From Balanoglossus misakiensis (lineage: Eukaryota; Animalia; Hemichordata): a stretch of 64,000 nt of DNA. How positions within the stretch are numbered: the stretch's first letter is position 1; every line of letters starts with the position of its first letter. A program made the translations under genes and the position numbers. Location: positions 6,411,849-6,475,848 of the forward strand of contig CM082597.2 of assembly GCA_040954595.2 (NCBI GenBank), written 5' to 3'. The notes under the pieces are model-generated. The model was not told the origin of the DNA. It did not search any database and saw only the letters and a program-made list of their open reading frames with translations. This document shows, piece after piece, positions 25,401 to 37,400 of this stretch.

Positions 25401-28400
25401 CCGTCCCTCCTCACCCGTGCTGAAATGGTTTCCCCTAAATTTAATTTTTGCATATCTGTTCTCTTACTCTGATTATTTTGTTTCGGTTCGGGTTTCTAAA
25501 TCAAAAGAACATCAGTGAAATTAAGGGCTTGGGTTTTTTTTTAGTTTAATTAGCTGTGATGTCTAACTTGAAATCCCCGATGGGGGAAGTCATACTGTGG
25601 CTCACAATGGGGGATTATGGAAAGTAAGGGATTTGATTCGAAGCAGGGGGGCAGGCGTATATCGAGCGATGTCTGCTTGTTGTGTGGAAAACTAGTGGAG
25701 CGTGGAGGAGATCCAAAACATGGGAACAGTACTGTGGGCAAACACTGTTTTTTGTTGAGGTATTCATGAGTGCACTAATCCCTGAAGACAAAGATTGTGT
25801 GTGTCCATGCCCAAATGATTTAATTGTTCTATTGGCGAACCGGGCATTGTCTGCTGGACATTGAGTTTTAGGGACTGGTATATAACTGTCATGGGGAGGG
25901 GGTTTCAAAGTGATCTGAGTGAAAAAAGGATTTGGTGAATAAAGGGCATGAAATCTTGGTGCAACATTTTAAAGATCTTCACACATTTTCCCCCTATTTC
26001 CCCCTTAATTCTAGACCAAATAGACATAATTTCCTATTTTCTGCAAATTTTGATCAAAATTTCCAGAAAAATACTAAAAGTTTAATATGAGGTTAAATTT
26101 GTGAAAAATGACGACACGTTGACTTATAGTATACGAAAAGGTTAACCCTCTGAAAGGTGCCTGTATGATAATGCCCTGACAGTTGCCGTGGGTGATTAGT
26201 GAGGATAGGGAAGAAGGCAGTGTGGAGATATGAGGCAATAACAGCCGATGGTTGTGTGAGCGACTCTGAATGGAGGAGAGATAAGAAGCACTTGCTAATG
26301 ACTCTTTGGCAGGCTTCAGTGGACATGGCTTCAGATACACAAGTACCATTGAGTCGGTCTAGCCTTGTCTTGCCGCTATTGTTCGGCCCGGTGTTCAATG
26401 GATGTACCGAAACAATGCCTGAGCAGATCAATCACACACAGTACTGTCACTATCACTGACTTCATACAGGTCATCAACCTTTGCATAGAGCACTCGGGGA
26501 AAATTCAGATACGGGTGACTTGGCATGAGTAAATCACAAAGGGGCAGAAAAGATTCCCCATCTTGAAAAATTGATTGAACATGACATATACAATTAGTAC
26601 TACAACATAGATTGATATTAGGAATATAATGAGGATTGATGCTGTAAAGTTGTGTATTATTAAACGTAAAAAAAATGACTGGTTTTGCTGCCTTCTGATT
26701 ACATGAAGGTTAAGGCCAAATTATGTAGACAAATGCAATATTGCAGTTTTAGAAATAATTTCTGAATTTCATTGATGATGGAACGGTATTGACAGTGAAC
26801 TTTACATTGTTGCAAAATTAACAATGATCTTTGTTCAATTATATAAATAGCATAAGGTATAATCTAAATACTTAATTCCCCACAAACCACTTAATCCAGC
26901 CTACATCATCTCATCCCAAAATCACTTTGTCCCTTTGTATCAGTTTTTTCAATACCACTTTGTTCCAGCCGTATAGTTAGTGGCAGATTTTTGGTAATTT
27001 GGGGTGTAGCGGTGGGGGGAGGGGGGGGGGTGAAATATTGGATGAAGTGATGTCAGTCAAGAAAATTGTCATTGATGCAGAAGACCAATATAGTTAAATA
27101 ATACAGTTACTAGCTGTTCCCTTTAATCTTTATTTCTTGAATTCACAATTTATAGCGGGAAATAAGTTGTATCTTTTGGCTTTATTGTCGGCCTATTTGT
27201 TCTGTGTGCCAAATGCAGTTTCTTGTTCTACTCCAAACAACATGCTAATATACCAAGTCCACAGCCTGTCAACATAGCATGTATGAGTGTGCGTGCAGAA
27301 TGTTATTGTTGACAACTGAATTCTAGTCCGGACTAGAATACAAATTTTGAACAATAACAATGCTCACTATAAACATACCGGTATGTTGTGTTGATAAGCT
27401 GGATACTGGGCATTTCATCATGTTTTAGGAAATTGAACAAGAAACTCGAGTACATACACTACACAAAAATACTGAAAAAAACATAGCGCACAGTTACAGC
27501 TAATGGAGCTTTAAGACCCTAATGCTGCCAAGTCAGTTAAAACTGGTGTGATTTTCAGGGTGCCTAGAATCCTGGCTCCCAGGCCTGTTAGACTGCAAAG
27601 TGTGTGTTACTCAGTAGGGCCTATACAAGACCCTCAGACCCATACAGTGCAAACCAGTGCGATTTGGTACATTTTACAGGGGGTTCAAACTGCCAAGTGT
27701 GTCTAAGTACGTATGAGAGCCATGTCAAGACAGTCAATGTACGTTTTAGAAGAAAAAGTGGCAAATACGTATTTTAAGGGACTTGACACTCTAAACAGGT
27801 ATGACACCCAGTAGCATTTAAACTGAACAGATGAGCTTCAAGTAGGAGTTCTCTAGGAGTTTAACACTTGTGATAAAGACTGCAAAGAACCAAACACAAG
27901 CAGGTCACAACATGTCCAACAACAAAGTGATGCACAAGTCAGCTTTTATGGAAAACCCCAGCAACTGGAAACTGAAAGTGAAGTATTTGCACCAAGGTGA
28001 GATGCAAGGCGATGATTTATTGGAGTGATGTAATTAAGAGTATCAAGACTGCCTCTTTCTTGTGCAGATAGTGTCTGTTGGGGTTTCCTGATACAAAGGC
28101 TGCTACAGGTAAAGACTTGTATAGCACGGTACACACATGGGACACACAATCACTGTCAGGGGTTTCTATTGTTCCAATGAAAACCCTAGTGATTTAATTA
28201 GATTTGGGCTCGGTGTGTAATCTGCATAAGTAATGTGATTGTAGGGTTTTGTCTAGCCATCCTTGGCTAATCCTTCAGGATGACAATAGTGGCGACTTTA
28301 ACTGTTCATTTTTCTCTGGATGCATGGCCGCTTTTATATCACATGCTTTGAGGTGGCCATAATGGACAGAGAACGGCCAAAATGCATCTGAGGAACTGAC

Positions 28401-31400
28401 CAGTGGATTTACGGTACCGGACAATGACTCCAAGCTGACCAGTCCATGCAGTGCATGTATATTTTATACAACGGTCAAAACATTAAGTGACCAAACTGAA
28501 CTATTAACAGTGGATGGACAGAAAATCTGCCTACCTACAAACTTTAATTAAAGCCCCAATGGATATACACAAACATGCCCACAATTCCCCCAAAATGCAT
28601 CACACCACTCATGAATTGCACTGTTTGGACTCAATTGTCAGTGCATCCTTTTCGTAAAACTTGGCAAATTTGGTATGCCCATAATAATTTATCTTGATAT
28701 AAAAAAATTGAAAGCTCAGACAAAAACCAGGACTAACTCTGGCCTGGAACTTTCCTCAGGCTTGTTTGTATGTTTACATACGTGTACCAGTAGTCTAGTG
28801 TCTAGCTGTGTTTTGTCCCATGTCTGCTTTGTTTTATTTGGAAGCAAATCAGACAAAACACGGCTAGATACTAGACTAGTTTACTTGTAACTTGAAGAAT
28901 TGACTGCATCATGGACAATATGGCAGCATCAGCAGAGTCTATAGAGGGCACGAAATTGAGAGAGAGAGAGAGAGAGAGAGAACCACATAGCAATTCCAGA
29001 CAAAGAAAACCGACCTTGCGACACCAGTATAGTTTGTAAAAAGTGACAGATTTACTATCTGACACTGACATGTACGGTATATACAAAACTTTGTTAGAGT
29101 AACAACAAAATAATGCTAACAAACTTCCATGGACCACTTCGCGGATAGAATAACGCAGGGGGTTGTGGGACATTTGCGTTCTGATCGCGTGCGTTAGCCA
29201 TGTACTAGACGCTATGTTGAACGCAAATTATACCATCATGCATTGCAGATACCCTATCTGCATAGTACCGTAGTCTAATGCTTCATCATCATGTATGCTT
29301 TGACCGTTACAAACATTTTGAGCATATTGATAGGTATACATAAACACCTTACCGATGCCCGATTGTGACTGCATGTTGCAATTTGAACATGCTATGTATT
29401 AAAATGGTGCCGCACCGATTTAATCAGCTTCCATACAAACAGTACGCAGCTATCGTGGTATGCGTCGCCAAGAGATAACAAACTGATGAAAATGCTAGTA
29501 ATATGGCTTAATGGTGAGGATTTCAGAGGATAGGGAATATGTTTGAAGTATTTTACTGTGGAAATAATATGTGAAATTTGGCAGCTATAGGGGCTTTAAC
29601 CGATTTTGTTCAAACGTGGCACAAGGATAAAGAGATACGGCCATCACATGCACATCAATTGTGTTTTTGGAATGCCTCTAATTTAGTGTGTGTATATGGT
29701 TTAATGACAGCAGTGAGGATTCTGCTACTAACCATGACTGCAGGGAACCTCTTGTTTAGAATTGCTGTCTTTTCGTGAGACATAATTTATTGCCGTGATC
29801 AATTGAAATGACCATGAGTTCAAGTTTGTGTTAATTCGAGCTTTTGTGTGGTCTCTTGCCAACACCTCCATTATCAGTGTCGAACTATTGGCCAGAATTT
29901 ATGCACTTTTATTCAAGTAAAATGGATCAAATTTTTAGGCAAGTCAAAATAAAAATTCTTAAAATCTGTCATCAGAATTCATATGAATTTAATTAAATGG
30001 TGTTCTGTTGAAATGGGACCGTAGCTGGGAAATTTGAAATTTTCAGTCTTTAAGTTTTAGTTTCCAACTTTACTCTCCCTAAAATATTTTGAAATATTCA
30101 AAATTTAACATTTCAATCCTTAGTGTTTATGTATGTGTATGGTAATATTAATTGTATCAATATTTTTGGCTATAGCAATAGGGTTTAAAAACACAGAGAT
30201 CAGCATCATTTAAAGGAAGTATGGGTAGTAAATGGTTCATCTACTGTCCTGATAGGCACCACACCAAAATCAACTATTTTGAGGAAATTTTGACCTGCAA
30301 TGTGATTCAGAAGATAATAACAAAGCATGGGGGCCAATATTTATCATTATTGACTATAATTGTAATCATTTCAATAAATGTGTGTGACCAGTAATAATAA
30401 TGTTTTCACTCTGTTAAAAAACTTATTTAGTTTTTCATCTGTTGCAATCAGAAATATCACCTCAGGCTCAGCTAAAGTTCTCTCGATTGCGGCTGTCTTT
30501 ATTTTTGACCGGCGAACTGAACTACAGATCTGACTTGAAGAAATATGGGTCTATGCGACCGAGATTTGATTGATTGTTTCAAGTATCCACTGTTAGGATG
30601 TTATTATGATTTGTTCTCTACTCCCATTAACTTTTACTTCCATTGAAGGAAAGTGGGGGGTGAAATATTTATATCAGTGTCACGTTTCTGTCAAAGTGTC
30701 AAACTCAAAGTCGCTAAGTGGATGGATGGGCTTCTTGTTCTACATCCTTTTGCTTGTATTGGGCTTGTCAATACAGCTTCTGTTTTGTGTAATCGGAACA
30801 GCACATATTTTTTATTTGGCAAAAAAATAGTGAAATAATCATTAAAGTTATGGTCACTGACTTTTCATGTCTAAACTTAAATCCACTATTTAAGAAATGA
30901 TGTGAAACCACTGAAAGTTAATATATTTTCATGTTTTGAAATGTTTTTTGTTGGAAAAACAGACAACTTCAAGCTCCATTAACTGTAGCTTTTTGCTGTA
31001 TTTTCAGTATTTAGGGCACAAGCCAAGCAGGCTTGTGCCCTATTGGTATTACTGGGGTTTTTCATCCTCTTCTTTTTCTTGTGTAGTTTTTTTGCCCAAT
31101 AGGATCTTGAAAACGGCTGAACCTACAAATCTCAAACTTGGCACAGTGATGCAGGCCTATGAGAGCTGGTGCAGTATCCCTGTGAATGTTTAATTAGTCA
31201 TGTGACCTGATGACCATATATGGGCAAAGTTTTCAAATGGGCCTAATTTGCATATGAATGGAGATATCAAAATTCTTTTAGCAACTTTTGTGGACCATGT
31301 GATCAGTGTCCTACATGCCAAATATCAAGGCCGTGGGCCAAGTCTATTTTGAGAAGAAGATTATTAAATATTATTTGTCATATTTGTGGACCCAGCCATA

Positions 31401-34400
31401 GGCCTATACTTTCTATAGTTAAGCTATGACGCTATGTCCACGTCTGTGCAATTGTCCTGTACAGTGACTGCCTACTGGCCCGTGAGCAGAATGGGACCAA
31501 ATTAAAAGGCAAAATTTCGGGCTCACCTGTAACACCTGCTAAAGTCATTAATTATGTGCATACCTAATTCCGGGCTAACTAATAGGGCTAGAGGTTTCGT
31601 TCTTTTTGGTCATGGACCAGTATGGGGTTAAAAAAATTTGCCCAAATTCTGGGTGACCTCAGGTGACCTTTGACCTACTTTCCTATATCTCCGCATCAAT
31701 AGCAGGTACAGACTTGGCGTTTGGAGGGTTGGGACTATAATTGAAAAGCCAAAATTGGGGGTCACCTGTGACACCTGCTTATCTCATTAATTATGTGCAT
31801 ACCTAATTCCAGGCTAACCAATAGGGTTAGAGGTTTGATTTTTGTTGAACATGGACCAGTATAGGCTCAAAATTTCTTGCCCAAATTTTGCATGACCTCA
31901 GGTGACCTTTGACCTAATTTACCATATCTTGGCAACCAGAGCAGGCAAAGACTTGGCGTTTGGAGGGTTGGGACTAAAATTGAAAAGCCAAAATTTGGGG
32001 TCACCAGTGACACCCTCATATCTCATTAATTATGTGCATACCTAATTCCAGGCTAACCAATAGGGCTAGAGGTTTTGTTCTTGTGGGACATGGATCAGTA
32101 TGGGGTCAAAAATTATGCCCAAATTTTGGGTGACCTCAGGTGACCTTTGACCTACTTTGCTATATCTTGGCATCCAGAACAGGTACAGCATTTGTGTTTG
32201 GATGGATCGAACTATTAATGGAGTCTTACACTTTACATCATTAATTATGTGCATATCTAATTTCAGACAAACCAATAGGGCTAGAGGTCAGGTTTCTGTT
32301 GGACCTGGACTAGTATGGGGGTCAAAACTTTTTGCCCAAATTTTGGGTGACCACATATGACCTTTGACCTTCGGCTTAAGCTTGTGCCCGTCATCGCTGC
32401 TTGCAGCTATATTTTTGTTTTGTGTGTCTACTTCAGTTTCTTGTTCAAATATCTGAAGCATGATGAAATGCCCAGTATTCAGCTTATCAACACAATGTAT
32501 ACTATACGTATATGCCTGGTAGTCAGCGCTGTTATGGTGCAAAATTTGAATTCAAGTCCGGACAAGAATTAATTTGTCAACAATAACAATGGCCGTCACA
32601 CACACACAGTCTGTGATGACAAGTGTAGTACTGGGTATATTAGCATGATGTTTGGAGTAGAATAAGAAATTGCATTTGGGGCACAAAACAAAAATACTGG
32701 AAATGAAGCCAAAAGATACAGCTAATGTCCCTTTAAGTAACATGTGTTTGTCAAGAAGTCAGTAGGAGGGAAAACTGTATAAACATTACAAGTGTACTCA
32801 ACTTGGTGAAGTATGGTTTCTGACAAGGATTAATGACTTATTGGTTATTAGCAGTACAGATCATTCCCAAGTGACAGGTCACTGGGGTTAAACCATTTGA
32901 TAGAGGGGGTTATTGGTCAGGGGCAAACCATTCAATTCCTGGGGTGTGCTGTACTGTGTAATTCTAAAATATGTACCTATGCAGGCAAACTAAACCGGGT
33001 GAAAAACCCCAGAAAAAAGACAGGAATTCTTAGTCGCATATATACCGTATTCTGATACTGTAGAGAGTACTCAGAAATAGTGGCAAACTTTTAATTAAGG
33101 GGGCATTAGCTGTACCAATGTTTTTGTTGACAAATGACTGAAGTCTACTTGAATTCTAATTTTGTACAATAACAACGCTCATGATACACATACCGGTCTA
33201 TGTTGTGTGGGCATTTCATCATGTTTCGGGAATTTGGACAAGAAACTACAGTAGATGCACGAAACAAAAATATTGAAAACATTAATGAAAAGTACTGCTA
33301 ATGGAACTTTAAAGTAGCACATTTATGTGGCTTAAAAATCAAAGTCCTAAACTTTTTGTCATACCTTGCTAAGGAAAGTTTAGATTATTCTCTAGCCTTA
33401 AATTGAGAACAATAATTAAGGACAACTATGCAAAATTTTGCATGAGCGAGCCAAATTTTCTCATATTTGAAATTGAAAATGGCTGCCAATCTCTTTCTTA
33501 ACTCCATTTAAAAGTGTGTAATATACATCATGTAGTATTTATACCGGTATTTCCTAATACAGTCAATGTTGTCATCACTACTTGGCCAATGACAGTATAA
33601 GAACACTACGGTCTATTAATGTTTACAGAAGGTGCCAGTAAGTCCTGACATTGACTGATGAACTTAACACAGTCTAAATTAAACCCAATAAATTTTGTGA
33701 CTTGCATACCAGAAGGAATGGAATAAACATGTGGTGTTGACAGATTTGCATTGACCGACCTCATCAACACGTGCTGGTCACATACACACTGGATGACCAC
33801 TTCGAAGATTTTGTCAGTTCCCTTAAAGGGACAATGAGCTGCAACCGTTGGCTTTATTTCCAGTATTTTTGTTTTGTGTACCAGATACAAGTTCACCCAG
33901 AGACCAATTTTTAGTACAATTTCGTCATCATGGGGAATATACGTTTAAAGCCCCTATAGCTGCCAAATTTCACATTATTTCCGCAGTAAAATACTTCAAA
34001 TTTATTCCCTATCCTCTAAAATCCTCTCCATTAAGCCATATGACTTACATTTGCATCAGTTTGTCATCTCTTGGCAACGCATACCATGATAGCTGCGTAC
34101 TGTTTGTATGGAGGCTGATTAAATCGGTGCGGTACCTGTTTTAAATTTTTGTGTTGTCTTTGTTTTTATTTCCAGGTAAGAAATGGTTTTGGATGCTTTG
34201 ATGTTGTGCGGGGGATGAATGGTCATAGTGTCCGTCACTGTAATTGGGTCAGATTTGTCCAGAATGTCAGCAAAGCTGAAGATGCCAATATAGTAGCAAC
34301 AAAGATTAGAGGTAAGAACCCAGCCACCTATTGCAGTAGTGTTTAATTGTCTCAATGGAATATACCTGGTAATGAAACAAAGACTGATCACTGTGTTTTT

Positions 34401-37400
34401 TTAAATTGAAACAAAATGGCGAATATAGCAACAAAAGTGGGCTATTAGTTAAAGGCCGGTGATCGTCTTTTGCGCATGTGCCAAACCAGAAACTCCTGTT
34501 ACAAAATATGCATACAGTAAATGCCATAACTTAGACAGTGTGCTGTCCTAACAAGATGAAGATGACGGGACCATATAGTCTGTGTCGGAGATCAAGAAAA
34601 GACAGCATATTGGGTAAAAAGAAAGGAGGACAAAACTTAAGTCTACTTATTCAATGTGAATAAAGTATGGAAGGAAAAGAAGGTTGTCCATGCATCGAAC
34701 GCAAAATTTGCAGATTATTTGAATTGGACGTAATGTTTATACGCACAAAATTATGCACATATGCATAAGATATGATCATAGGCCTTCAATCATCTGCCAC
34801 TGTTGAAGATATGCAGGATTCACAGAGGCTTTATTTTGAGAGAAACTGGACTGGCTTTTTTGTACATTGATTGAATGGTAATTCATGACCTTATAACTGT
34901 GATTAGGAAAATTCATGGAGGAAAGGTCAGAAAATCATCATTGTCTAATTGCCATGGTGATAACTTCCTCTTGCATTGCAGGCCAGCCAATATACCAAGT
35001 CATCAAAATGATCCCTGCAGGAACAGAATTACTGGTGTATTTTTCAACAACTGATCACAGCGTCAACTCTATATTAGACAATACAAAACTATTGCCACCA
35101 ACACTCCTACCTCTAAATCTGTCGCTATGGCAACAAACCAAGCCAATATCATTGGCTACAGGTGAGTGAATGAAAATGATATTTTTTTTAATAAGATGGA
35201 TATCTTCTTTCATGTATCTCATAATGTCTGTAAAATTGTCATAGATTTTTTTTTATTATTCAAATGTTTCAGTGATTCACCCCTGTTGACATGTTGGCAC
35301 CTTCTACTATTTGTCAGGGGGGACCAGCACCCCTTCTGATGATGTCACTAACCCATTGGAGATATCACAGTCCCCCTTGCCAGAGTGGATAACCCCCTCC
35401 CAAAATATTCTGGCAAAGGAGGATATATTCTCCCTGTTGATGCCATCCTGGATGGAACACTATTGTCAAGTAAAACAATTTGCTATTGGATAAGCAAATA
35501 CATATTGGCCAATTGATTACAGGATTATCCAATTAGAAACTGTGTTATCTGATGACTTGCTCTGAGTCGTCAAGTAAAACAATTTGGTATTGGATAAGCA
35601 AATACATATTGGCCAATTGATTACAGGATTATCCAATTAGAAACTGTGTTATCTGATGACTTGCTCTGAGTCGACCGGTTCCATATTTCAGATTACAAGC
35701 CCAACATTTCATCCCCAACCACCACAATGGAGAATACATTCAACTTGATCACACCACCACCAGAGGAGGACAGAAAAGGTCATTCAACGTTACTTGACAA
35801 TCATGCAAGATACACTCAGGTAAATAGATTTCTCACACAATATTTATATATTAGCCAAATTCCATTTATTCAAGTATTCCCTGATACTGTAAATTCACCA
35901 GTGTGCCCTCCAACAAACATATTTTTTAAAAGCTTTGGATGAATTTGAGGTTTTCGAAAAAAAATTCAGAGTCAGCCTGATACCTTTGCATGTAGTGTGG
36001 ATAATGTTTTTGAGTCACCAGTGAGTTTGTTAATGAGTCGGTGGCGTGTCAAATGGGCTTAGAAGACACACTGTTTCTCACACAGTATTTGTATATTAGC
36101 AATACTCCATTTATTCAGGCATATTCCCTTACCAGGTTCACACTGGGTAAATTAGAAACGTTTTAGAAACACTGTTTGCCTTTTGTAAACACAGAGGATT
36201 ACTCCTTTAGTTTGACTTGCCTTGTGTCTCACACACACAACGTTTCAAAAATGTTTCAGTGGTCCCTGTATGAACGCCATACCTGATACTGTAACTGTGT
36301 TGAGAGCCAAATTGTCTGAAATTTGAAATTCAAAATGGCCGCCAACCTATGTGTTTATATATTTATACAAACAAGATGACCTGTTTTCTTTATTTTCAAA
36401 AAGAATCCTTATACACTTTGTATTTAAAATTTTCTTAGCAGAAAAAAATTCTGAGGACTATCATGTTTTTTTTTTTAAATCAGTCCACAAGGTTACATTC
36501 TATATGATGTGACTTGATTTGAAGATTAAAAAAGTTTTGATCATGTCTTGCAGCAGCTGCTATTTTTTTCTTCTAAACTTATTGTCAATTAGATACAAGA
36601 TGGTACCAGTGATGGACGTCGTTACACTAGTATTAGTACCGGTAGAGCGAGTGGTAACCGTGGTTACATAGGCAGTGTGAGGAGAAACAAGGAGAGAGCA
36701 ATGCTTCCATGTGAAGTCTGCAGCAAAGTGTTTGATCGACCATCTTTGTTGAAACGGCATATGAGAACTCATACAGGTATACCCTAGGTTATTAAAGCTC
36801 CATTAGCTATAACTTTTGGCTATGTTTTCAGCATGTGTCTACTGCAGTGTCTTGTTCAAATCTCTGAAGTAAGATGAAAGTCCCAGCATTTAACTTATCA
36901 ACCCAACATATATTTGTATTATGATCATTGTGATTGTGCCAACCAATTCAAGTCCGGACTAGAATTCATTTGTCAATAATAATGATGGTTGTTACACACA
37001 TACAATCTTTGTTGACAAGTGGAGAAATGGGTATATGTTTGGCTTAGAGCAAGAAATTGCTCTTAATACATAAAACAAAACAAAACTGGAAATAAAGGTA
37101 AGAGTTTAATACAGCTAATATCCCTTTAAAAGCCCCAGTTATTGTAACTTTTAGATTCTTTTGTCAGTATTTTTTCTATAATAAATGCTATCATCAATGT
37201 TTCTTGTTCTACACTAGATAGCTTTATGAAATGTTCAGTCTTTAACTTCTCTGCTTGTTGACAAGTCATGTGCATGTGTACAGATCATTGTTATTGTTGA
37301 CAAACACATTCAATTCTGGACTTGTGAAAAAATTCGCCAAAATTTATAATTGGTCTTTACATTTAAGCAAGATTTTTACTCTCATATCCTACAAACTGGA

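Noticed and set aside
26199-26459. ORF containing LLFGP as a candidate PR-domain exon
   Set aside because: No suitable splice sites in frame, and exon 21948-22169 already supplies the PR N-terminal half in the right phase.
35273-35460. Apparent extra PRDM-like exon after tttcag
   Set aside because: It hits a stop in the required phase, and the sequence recurs at ~51317-51465, so it is an interspersed repeat.
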